Source of the DNA: an uncultured Acidobacteriota bacterium
GTDB taxonomy: Bacteria > Acidobacteriota > Thermoanaerobaculia > Multivoradales > UBA5704
Assembly (NCBI GenBank): GCA_963700145.1
Contig: OY969474.1
Span: forward strand, 1,600,001-1,664,000
DNA length: 64,000 nt
Direction of reading: 5' to 3'
Part shown: one piece after another, positions 28,609-36,367 of the stretch
How positions within the stretch are numbered: the first letter of the stretch is position 1
Layout: the number at the start of each line of letters is the position of its first letter
Translations under genes and position numbers: made by a program
Notes under the pieces: model-generated
What the model was told of the DNA's origin: nothing
Seen by the model: only the letters and a program-made list of their open reading frames with translations
The model's database searches: none

Positions 28609-29493
28609 TTACACAAATTGTCGAACCTCTGCCTCCAGTAGATCCTTTGTCATGAGTTGGCAGCTCACCGGAACCACTCGCTCGCGAATTCTCTGGAGAG
28701 TCCGGAACATTGTACCATCAGTCGTGAACGCTGAGCAGTATGGTAGCAAGCTGATGTGGTGAAGTCACCTATGTCTGAGCCCCTGAGCTTTGGCCGGTTG
28801 GCCCTGTCGAACGCTACGTAGGAATACCAAAAACACAGGGAGCTGAGGCGAAACCGAAGTCAAGAGGGGACGAAGGCCCGCTCGAGCGCGCTGACCAACG
28901 TCCGTTAGGATCGCGTCAAGGTCTCTCCAGTAGGCGTGACGAAGATCAAGAGAAAACAAGAAGAGCTCCTTGGTCTCTTCTAGCTCGGTGAACTTACCAG
29001 CCTTGTCCTGCTTGAGATATCCATGGCTACAGGCATTCTCAATGATGCTCGTCACGTCCGCGGGCCAGCTCTTCTTGGCTTCCTCGTAGTCGAGGCTCCA
29101 AGTGTGGATGTCGAGTCCCTGCCTCAAGAAAAGGTCGTCCCTCCGCAATAGCCCAAGCAGAGCTGCCTCTCGCAACTCGGCGGAGAGGTCGAACAAGTCC
29201 AGCTCAATCGGGAGGGCTTGCAGTTGGTTCAAATGAGCAGCGACTTCCATCATCCAGACCTTCCGCGGGTTAACGATGACACAAGGAACGCGAGCCAGGA
29301 AGCGCGCTGCTGCGGCACCTCTCTCCTTTTCCCCTGCTCTCTGCCAGCCCGGGTTGTAGAGTTCGACCATCGACAAGGACGTAAGTAGGACTGTGAAGCC
29401 ATTGGACCTCACGAAGGCCGTGAGCCGGGCATCAGCTTCCGGATCGGAGAGAAGCGGGAATACCCAATTGTCAAGAAAGATGTAGCTACGCAT
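28609..29493 (-). pseudogene. Lower-GC hypothetical protein, possibly PIN-like, disrupted by two compensating frameshifts
   Basis: MRSYIFLDNW start; plausible protein continues in a shifted frame (FWYSY..GSDIGD) and resumes in frame after TGA 28765 (HHISLLPYCSAFTTD) to TAA 28609. Confidence 0.55.
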
Positions 29494-29510
29494 ATCTTAC
29501 TCATAACACC

Positions 29511-29573
29511 GACTGACGACCTAGCTAACCCAGCGCGCGCCCTTGTGCGTCCGTGTTCAGCGCATTGTCGGGC
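29511..29573 (-). other. Degenerate integron attC-like site
   Basis: Minus strand GCCCGAC-AATGCGCTGAACACGGACGC...GCGCGCTGGGTTAGCTAGGTC-GTCAGTC, between two co-oriented lower-GC ORFs, 9 nt after a stop codon. Confidence 0.55.
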
Positions 29574-29582
29574 AAGTATGCG

Positions 29583-30434
29583 TTATTGCAAGACCTGATT
29601 CCTTGTTACAGCCTTGATCACGACGTCCCGTGATTCACCGGGAAGGACTTTCATTACCTCAACCTCGGCGAAACTCGGCTTGCCAGTGCGTCCGTCTACG
29701 TGCGCTTCGATTACGTACCCCAGCGGGCTGTAAGGTAGCTCTACTTCAGGCTCTGCCTCGATGGCTGTGGTTGCGACCCCTAGGTAAAACAGCGGTCGCG
29801 CTGTAAACCATGTATCGGGCAAAATGGCGAACACAGAATAGCCGATCCTGTCCGTTCGTTGCGGCTTACCTTCTCCCGTCTGCAGCTTGATCTTGAGCTT
29901 TACATCGGTCTGGATGTCCTGCTCGAACTTCGGCGGCGGCGAACTGCGCGGCGGCGCAGGCAGGGCATAGACAGCCACGGCAATGGCTGTGCATACCGCA
30001 AGGTTCGCCAGTGCCTCCTTCATATCCAGAGCTTTTCCCAGCGCAAGCATTATTGTGCTTGCGCTAAGCAGCACCGCCAGAAACCCAGCGCCCTGCCGAT
30101 AGGTGATCTGCGGAATGTTAACCACCGCGGCCGCGACCACCGGCGCTCCAAAGGCCGCGAGCGTACGCGTCATAGCGCCAGCGCGTGTGAACAGGTTTCC
30201 TTCTACGCTCTTGGTCTTGAACAGTGCGAGGTTGCCCATGGCCCATGTCAGGCCGATCATACCCAGGGAAAGCAGCGTCAGCTCCGGCCAACTGCCCAGA
30301 CCCAGCCAGACCAGATAAATTTCCGCCGCCACCAGGCCAAGCATCACTAGGCTGATAATCTTCTCGAGCAGAGAGACCGCGTGCGTGCTTGTGCTGGTTG
30401 GCCCTACACCCTGTGGGTTGAATAGGACACTCAT
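29583..30434 (-). CDS. Lower-GC hypothetical membrane protein
   Basis: GGGAG RBS, about 5 hydrophobic helices followed by a beta-rich C-terminal domain; atypical codon usage. Confidence 0.65.
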   Translation of the reverse strand: MSVLFNPQGVGPTSTSTHAVSLLEKIISLVMLGLVAAEIYLVWLGLGSWPELTLLSLGMIGLTWAMGNLALFKTKSVEGNLFTRAGAMTRTLAAFGAPVVAAAVVNIPQITYRQGAGFLAVLLSASTIMLALGKALDMKEALANLAVCTAIAVAVYALPAPPRSSPPPKFEQDIQTDVKLKIKLQTGEGKPQRTDRIGYSVFAILPDTWFTARPLFYLGVATTAIEAEPEVELPYSPLGYVIEAHVDGRTGKPSFAEVEVMKVLPGESRDVVIKAVTRNQVLQ

Positions 30435-30929
30435 GAATGCTCCCTGCCTTTGACTACCTGCGGCACCAGGCCAACCTCTGTTTCTACGACTCGCCGAGGC
30501 GCGGTTATGGTCGGCATGGCCCACGGTCGGCTAATGTCTATGGTCCGTGGCTCCGACTGCGCCGATGCTCCATGCGTAGGCCTCTCAATCAGTTGGCCAG
30601 TATAACAAGAGGAGACACGAGCCCTTGCGTGGGGGAGCGCCGCCTAAGCTCCGGTGGCGGAAGCGGCGGCTCAGGCTGCCTGAAGCTCGCGCCATCAGGA
30701 GGCGATGGTGATTAGCGGCGCGCGGGCGGCAACTCGTGTGCGGCGCGCTTGCCTGGGGGCGCGGGCGACGCTACACTCGGGGGCGTAAGTAGGGCAGCAG
30801 GATCGATCAAGAACGCGTGAAGCCGGCCGCACGCCGGGGCATCGAACGCGCGGGCCGAGAACGTGAAGCGGACGCGACAGAGTTGGCACCTCTGCCGCGC
30901 CCTGGACCACACACGGAGGACTAAGCTCC

Positions 30930-31286
30930 ATGCGCAGTCTTGGGACGAAGTCTAGCAACGCCGCCGGTCCCGCCTCTGACACCCCGTATCTCCCCTTCCC
31001 CATCGTGGAGGACCTGAAGCTCTCCGAGCTCCTCGAGAGCCCGGCGGGGCGCGCCGTCGCCGGCGTCTTGGAGCGGCGGGCGCGGCGGGAAGAAAAGAGC
31101 GAGCGGGCGCGGCGGGCGCGTGCGGCGGGGCGCCGGTCGGGGACGGTTTGCGGTCGCTGGACCGGGAGCGGGCGGGTGCCGGACCTGCGGCTGTCGGGAA
31201 GGTGGCTACGGGCGGCGGGTTTCGACCTCGGGCAGGCGTACGAGGTGGAGGTGCGCTCCGGGAGGCTCGTAATCAGGGCGGTTTGA
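30930..31286 (+). CDS. SymE-family type I toxin-like protein
   Basis: VPDLRLSGRWLRAAGFDLGQAYEVEVRSGRLVI matches the SymE P-x-L-x-L-x-G-x-WL-xx-AGF pattern; GGAGG RBS. Confidence 0.75.
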   Translation: MRSLGTKSSNAAGPASDTPYLPFPIVEDLKLSELLESPAGRAVAGVLERRARREEKSERARRARAAGRRSGTVCGRWTGSGRVPDLRLSGRWLRAAGFDLGQAYEVEVRSGRLVIRAV

Positions 31287-31529
31287 GCGCCCCGCCAGCG
31301 GCGGCGACCACCACGGAGGCGGCGGCGACCACCGCGGACTCGGCGGCAGTCTTCGCGGTGGTGAGGGTGAGGGTCACGGCGCCGCCGGCGATCTGGAGGG
31401 CGCTGATGTGCCATTCCGGCAGAGAACGACTCAAGGCTTGGCGACTCCTAGGGTTCTGGGCACGACAGGTTCTCCTTTCGTTCGTTGGGGATGGAGCGTG
31501 CGACGCTCCGCGACGCCCGCCGAGCGGCG

Positions 31530-31850
31530 CGAAATGGCCTCCGGGAGGCGCGGAACTCCCTGCGGCGGCTTCGGAACCCTTTCCCGGAGCGTGGGAATGG
31601 GTTGCGCGGGCCGGGGAATGGGTTGCGCGGGCCGGGGAATAGGTTGCGGAGCGTCGGGAATCCATTCCGAGCGGCTCGGAACAGGTTCCGCAGCGCGCGC
31701 AACCCATTCCCGGCGTCGCGCAACTGGTTCCCGGCGCTGCGCAAGAGGTTCCGCAGCGTGCGCAGGAGGTTCCGAGGTCCCGGGAGGACATTGCGAGGCT
31801 CCACCGGGGCGTCTGCAGGCCCCGCGGGGACATTCCGGGGCCTCCGGCGG
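31530..31850. repeat. Degenerate 21-bp tandem array with internal inverted symmetry
   Basis: GGAATGGGTTGCGCGGGCCGG twice plus about 12 variants; both strands translate to R/G-N-x-F/L heptads. Confidence 0.75.
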
Positions 31851-31968
31851 GTGTTACGCCACCTTCTCCAGGGCCGCCGCGAGCTCCAGCTCCTGCTTGG
31901 TCAGGGCGCGGGCGACGAGCGCCGCGGGGCCGGCGGCGGCAGGATCGGTTCATCCGGCAGCTTCGACC

Positions 31969-33186
31969 TCACAGGACTCTCCACCACGGCGCCGCCAGCA
32001 CGTCCGGCGCCAACCATTCGAGCGTGCTGCCGCTGTGCAGCAGCAGACCGGCGCGGGCCTTGTTCCCGTACTCGGCGCGGAACGCGCGCAGGTGCGTGGC
32101 GTCGGCGAGCCGCGGCCTGGCGCTGGCCTTGATTTCGATGGGGAGCAATCGGCCGCCGGTCTCGATCACGAAGTCCACTTCTTCGCCGATCGTCGTGCGC
32201 CAGTAGCCGATCTCCGCGCGCTCGAGCAGCGTGTCGCGCCAGGCCAGCAGGTCGTCCAGCACGAGGTTCTCCAGATGCGCGCCGCCCGGCTCATCCTGTT
32301 CGGCCAGGTGCAGCGCCACCCCGGTGTCGCCCCAGTAGATCTTGGGCGCCTTGATCAGCCGCTTGGTGCGGTTCACGGCGTAGGCGGGCAGACGCACGAG
32401 CAGGTAGGAGGTCTCGAGCAGGTTGAGCCAGCGGTGCACTGTCGGCTGCGGCAGCGCCACGTCGCGCCCCAGCTCGGTCTGGTTGATGAGCTGGCCCAGG
32501 CGCAGGCAGGCCGCGCGCATCAGGCGGCGGAAGTCGGGCAGCGCGCTGATCGCGGCGAGGTTCTGCAGATCGCGCTCGAGGTAGGTGCGCACATAGCCGT
32601 CGAACCAGATGGTCCGGTCCTTGGGGGTCTTCAGCTCCACCGCCGGCGTGGGGAAGCCGCCGCGCCGGGCCAGCGCGCGCCAGTCGTCCGGCGCATCGGG
32701 CTCGGCCGCGAGCAGGTCGCGCCACTCTTCGTCGCGCGCGGCGAGCAGCTCGCTCCAGGCTCCGCAGCGGCCCAGGCCGCGCTGCTCGCGCCGCGTCATC
32801 GGCCAGAGCGTCAGGTAGCTCGCCCGACCGGCCAGCGATTCGGAGACTTGGCGCATCAGCAGCAGGTTCGCCGAGCCGGTCAGCAGGAAGCGCCCGGGCT
32901 TGCGGTCGCGATCGATCGCCCGCTTCACCGCGCGGAGCAGGCCGGGCTCGCGCTGCACCTCGTCGAGCGTCACCGGCCCGGTGCCGCCCACCAGGACCTC
33001 GGGGTTGCGCCGGGCGGCGTCGAGCACGTCGAGGTCGTCGAGCGACAAGTAGCGCCGCTCGCCGGGCACGAGGCGTTCCGCCAGGGTGCTCTTGCCGGTC
33101 TGCCGCGCGCCCGTCACGACGACGGCGGGCATCACGCGCAGCCGCTCGGCAAGGGCGTTGCCGACGGCGCGAGGAAGGGTCTTCAC
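31969..33186 (-). CDS. AAA+ ATPase with DUF4143 (PD-D/ExK-like) C-terminal domain
   Basis: GARQTGKST Walker A, LDEVQ Walker B, LTGS, GRA, GGFP, YLERD, PKIYWGDTG, EVDFV..PIEIK. Confidence 0.92.
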   Translation of the reverse strand: MKTLPRAVGNALAERLRVMPAVVVTGARQTGKSTLAERLVPGERRYLSLDDLDVLDAARRNPEVLVGGTGPVTLDEVQREPGLLRAVKRAIDRDRKPGRFLLTGSANLLLMRQVSESLAGRASYLTLWPMTRREQRGLGRCGAWSELLAARDEEWRDLLAAEPDAPDDWRALARRGGFPTPAVELKTPKDRTIWFDGYVRTYLERDLQNLAAISALPDFRRLMRAACLRLGQLINQTELGRDVALPQPTVHRWLNLLETSYLLVRLPAYAVNRTKRLIKAPKIYWGDTGVALHLAEQDEPGGAHLENLVLDDLLAWRDTLLERAEIGYWRTTIGEEVDFVIETGGRLLPIEIKASARPRLADATHLRAFRAEYGNKARAGLLLHSGSTLEWLAPDVLAAPWWRVL

Positions 33187-33220
33187 GCCGTGAATGATAA
33201 TCATTCACGGCGTGAATGAT
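33182..33220. promoter_or_regulatory. Perfect palindrome over the ATPase start (putative operator)
   Basis: TTCACGCCGTGAATGAT-A-ATCATTCACGGCGTGAA (17-bp arms) plus overlapping ATCATTCACG-G-CGTGAATGAT. Confidence 0.55.
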
Positions 33221-33242
33221 CAAGCCACGGGGCGCCCGGGCG

Positions 33243-33419
33243 CTAGAGCCCGCGGACTTGGACGGCGATCAGGAGCAGGGCGTAGCCGACGATCCACGCC
33301 CAGTCGCCGAGGCCGTTGCCGAGGTGCAGAACCCCGAAATGGGTCAGGATGGCGACGATGTAGAGGAGCAGGCAGATGAGCCAGGTGACGGAGCGCGGCG
33401 CTTTGCCACGGGTGGACAT
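33243..33419 (-). CDS. Small 58-aa two-TM membrane protein (not in ORF track)
   Basis: AAGGAG RBS; MSTRGKAPRSVTWLICLLLYIVAILTHFGVLHLGNGLGDWAWIVGYALLLIAVQVRGL. Confidence 0.7.
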   Translation of the reverse strand: MSTRGKAPRSVTWLICLLLYIVAILTHFGVLHLGNGLGDWAWIVGYALLLIAVQVRGL

Positions 33420-33484
33420 GGGGTGTCTCCTTGGGTTGAGCGGCGCCGCGGAGCATATAGGCTGAGGTGGAGAGGGGAAACCGC

Positions 33485-33964
33485 ATGCCGCTACGCCGCA
33501 CCGCCGTCCTGATGCTCCTTGCCACCCTGACCACGCCCTTCGCCGCCGGCGCCAACGGCGCCCAGCCCGCCTGCGGCGACGCCGGGCCCGCCCTCGCCGC
33601 CGCCAGCGAGCGCTGGGAGACCGCCTTCCGCAACCGCGACGCCGCCGGTGTCGCGGCCGTCTACTCGGCGGACGCGCAGCTCTTTCCGCCGAACAGCGAG
33701 ATCGTGAGCGGCCGCGAGGCCATCACCCGCTTCTACCAGGGCGCCCTCGACGCCGGGGTCGCCGAGATCCGCCTGCGCGGCGCGCCGCCCGAGTCGTCCG
33801 GCAACCTCGCCTACCGCACGACCTCCTTCACCGTCGTCGGCCGCGACGGCGCGGTGCTCGACGAGGGCAAGGCGGTCGAGATCTGGCGCTGCCTGGACGG
33901 GCGCTGGCAGTTCCACCGCGACATGTGGAACAGCCTGCGGCCGGAGCGCCCGCCTGCCGGGTAA
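33485..33964 (+). CDS. Secreted NTF2-like (DUF4440/YybH) protein
   Basis: Signal peptide; WETAF..RDAAGVAAVYSADA..PP..GREAI, GK..EIWR..DGRW..RDMWNS. Confidence 0.85.
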   Translation: MPLRRTAVLMLLATLTTPFAAGANGAQPACGDAGPALAAASERWETAFRNRDAAGVAAVYSADAQLFPPNSEIVSGREAITRFYQGALDAGVAEIRLRGAPPESSGNLAYRTTSFTVVGRDGAVLDEGKAVEIWRCLDGRWQFHRDMWNSLRPERPPAG

Positions 33965-34022
33965 TCGCGGCAACGCCGCCTCGGCGGCGTCCAGGTCGAG
34001 CCCGGCTGAGATCCCGGTCGGT

Positions 34023-34469
34023 CTACGGCGAGGATGGGGCGGTGGGCTCGAGACTGCGAACGCTGGTGACGAAGTAATCGGTCTCGCCGAAGCAACTCGT
34101 CGGCACGCCTACGTGCTGCTCGTACTGCAGCGAGACGCGTTGCCCGAGCGTCTGGTTGATGCGCTCGGCGACCGCCGCTTCGCGCACGGAGAACTGGAAG
34201 ATCTGGGGCATGGCGCCGGGGAGATTGACCATGGCCAGCTCGCCTTCCCAGGTCTTGCAGATCCATCCCTTACGGGAGAATTTCTGGACGTACCCGGCGC
34301 GCTCCCCCTTGGAGTAGCTGTAGCTGAGCGTGATCCAGGCGTACAGCGCGAGGCCGCCGACCAGCACAAGACACAGGAGGACGAGGAAGAGGGCCGGCTT
34401 GCCGCATCCCCGGCGGGCCCGCGGGCCAGCCGCCGGCGCTGCTGGAGACGAACCGATGGACTCGTTCAT
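34023..34469 (-). CDS. Conserved hypothetical membrane-anchored protein
   Basis: One TM helix then YSKGERAGYVQKFSRKGWICKTWEGEL; GGGAGG RBS. Confidence 0.8.
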   Translation of the reverse strand: MNESIGSSPAAPAAGPRARRGCGKPALFLVLLCLVLVGGLALYAWITLSYSYSKGERAGYVQKFSRKGWICKTWEGELAMVNLPGAMPQIFQFSVREAAVAERINQTLGQRVSLQYEQHVGVPTSCFGETDYFVTSVRSLEPTAPSSP

Positions 34470-34502
34470 CGCGATCCCTCCCGTCCAGAGATCACTCTAT
34501 TC

Positions 34503-35480
34503 TCACTCGATCGTTAGCACGATCTTGCCGAACACCCCGCCGCGCGCGAGCGCGGCGAAGGCTTCGGGGGCCTGCTCGAAGGGGAGGACGCGGTCGACGA
34601 CCGGGCGGAGGCGGCCGTCGGCGAGGCGCGGGAGGGCGAAGTCGGCGAAGGCGGCGACGAGGTGGGCCTTCTCGTCGCGCGGGCGGGCGCGGAGGACGGT
34701 GCCGATCAGGCGCAGCCGGCGGCGGAGGACGAGGGCGAGGTCGAGCTCGGCGCGGGCGCCGGCTAGGAGGCCGGCGACGACGAGCCGGCCGCCGGGCGCG
34801 AGCGCCGCGAGCCGCGCCGCCACCTCGGCGCCGCCGACGAAGTCGAGCACGACGTCGATGCCCGCCCCGCCCGCCGCCGCGCGCAGCCGCTCGGCGTAGC
34901 CCTCCCCCTCCGGCACCAGCGCCTCGATCCCGAACTCCCGCAGCCGCGCGAGCCGCGCCGCGTCGCGCGCCGAGGCGACGACCCGCGCCCCCAGCTCGCG
35001 CGCCAGCTGGACGGCGAACGTGCCCATGCCGCCGGTGGCGCCGGTGACGAGCGCCGTCTCGCCGGCCCGCAAGCCGCCCTCGACGACCATGTGCGTCCAG
35101 GCGGTGAGCCCCGCTTCCGGCACCGCCGCGGCCTCGACGAGCGACAGGTTCTCCGGCACCCGCATGCACTGACCCGAAGGCGCCGCCACCCGGGTGGCGA
35201 GCCCGCCGCCGCCGAGGAGGGCCATCGCCCGGTCTCCTTCGCGCCACCCCTCGACCCCCTCCCCCACCGCCAGCACCGTCCCCGCGCACTCCAGCCCCGG
35301 CACCTCCGGCTCGCCGGGCGGCGGCGGGTAGTGGCCGCGGAGCTGGAGGAGGTCGGCGTGGTTGAGCCCGGCCGCCGCCACGGCGAGGAGCACCTCGCCG
35401 GGCCCGGGGACCGGGTCGGGGAGGGTGCCGAGGCGGGGCGTGGGGTCGGCGGGGTCGGTCGTCGGGAGGACGGCGCGCAC
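34503..35480 (-). CDS. NAD(P)H:quinone oxidoreductase (MDR/PIG3 type)
   Basis: GLNHADL..RGHYPPPPG..PGLECAG, GATGGMG, GKIVL. Confidence 0.9.
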   Translation of the reverse strand: MRAVLPTTDPADPTPRLGTLPDPVPGPGEVLLAVAAAGLNHADLLQLRGHYPPPPGEPEVPGLECAGTVLAVGEGVEGWREGDRAMALLGGGGLATRVAAPSGQCMRVPENLSLVEAAAVPEAGLTAWTHMVVEGGLRAGETALVTGATGGMGTFAVQLARELGARVVASARDAARLARLREFGIEALVPEGEGYAERLRAAAGGAGIDVVLDFVGGAEVAARLAALAPGGRLVVAGLLAGARAELDLALVLRRRLRLIGTVLRARPRDEKAHLVAAFADFALPRLADGRLRPVVDRVLPFEQAPEAFAALARGGVFGKIVLTIE

Positions 35481-35497
35481 GGTCGCCGGCCGCGGGC

Positions 35498-36367
35498 TCA
35501 GGCCGGGACGACGTCCAGCGGTGCCGGCGCCGCGGCCGTCTGGGGCAGGGGCGGCCCGTCCAAGGTCACCTTGGAGGGCCCGTTCGCGTTCCACTGCGCC
35601 TGCACGGTCGTCTGCGGCTTGGTCGCGCCGATCTCCGGCCGCAGGTGCATCGTGGCGGTGAGGCCTTCGCCCGTGCGCTTGATGACCGTCGGGAGCGCCA
35701 GGACCGGCGGCTCGAGCGGGCCCTTGTTGACGCCCAGCGGGTCGTCCTGGGTGTCCAGGACGCGCTTCATCTCGACCGCCGCGGCGAACCCCGAGAGTGG
35801 ATCGAACATCCCCGACCACGTCGTGAAGCTCGTCTTCTGGAACTTGTTGTTGCGGTGGTCGAGGCCGTAGAGGTTGCGGTAGCAGGCGTCCGTCACCTGC
35901 GAGAACCGGCCGGCCCAGCGGACGCAGGGGAGGAAGACCTCGCCGTTCGGGGAGGCCCCGGCCTTCCAGGCGTAGACGGTGCCGCGCCACCACTGCTTCC
36001 AGCCCGGGATGCCGTCGAGCACGAAGCAGAGCGCCGGCAGGAGCCAGTAGGCGGCGTGGGGGTCGGGGGCGAACTGCTCGCTCGTCGCTCCGACCGTCCA
36101 GATGCCGTTCTGGACCTGCGACGTCCCCTCGCGCTCGAGGTGCTTGCGCAGGCCGGCGAGGGTGGCGTCATCCGCCGCTCCCGCGCCCCAGCGCTTGAGC
36201 CATTCGAGCCCCAGCGCCCACCCCATCATGCGGTGGTTCGGCGACTGCTGCTTCGCCCCCGAGTCGGGCAGCGCCATGAGCTGCGGCGAGGGGCGCTCCA
36301 CCTTCTCGCCGCGGACGGTGCGGACCAGCGCCGGCCACTGGTACTGCTCCCAGCCCTGGCCTGCCAT
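35498..36367 (-). CDS. Hypothetical Trp-rich protein (289 aa)
   Basis: ATG overlaps the acyl-CoA dehydrogenase stop; strong coding bias; no family recognised. Confidence 0.7.
   Translation of the reverse strand: MAGQGWEQYQWPALVRTVRGEKVERPSPQLMALPDSGAKQQSPNHRMMGWALGLEWLKRWGAGAADDATLAGLRKHLEREGTSQVQNGIWTVGATSEQFAPDPHAAYWLLPALCFVLDGIPGWKQWWRGTVYAWKAGASPNGEVFLPCVRWAGRFSQVTDACYRNLYGLDHRNNKFQKTSFTTWSGMFDPLSGFAAAVEMKRVLDTQDDPLGVNKGPLEPPVLALPTVIKRTGEGLTATMHLRPEIGATKPQTTVQAQWNANGPSKVTLDGPPLPQTAAAPAPLDVVPA

Noticed and set aside
28765-28767. In-frame TGA in the PIN-like ORF as selenocysteine
   Set aside because: Better explained by two compensating frameshifts; no redox motif context
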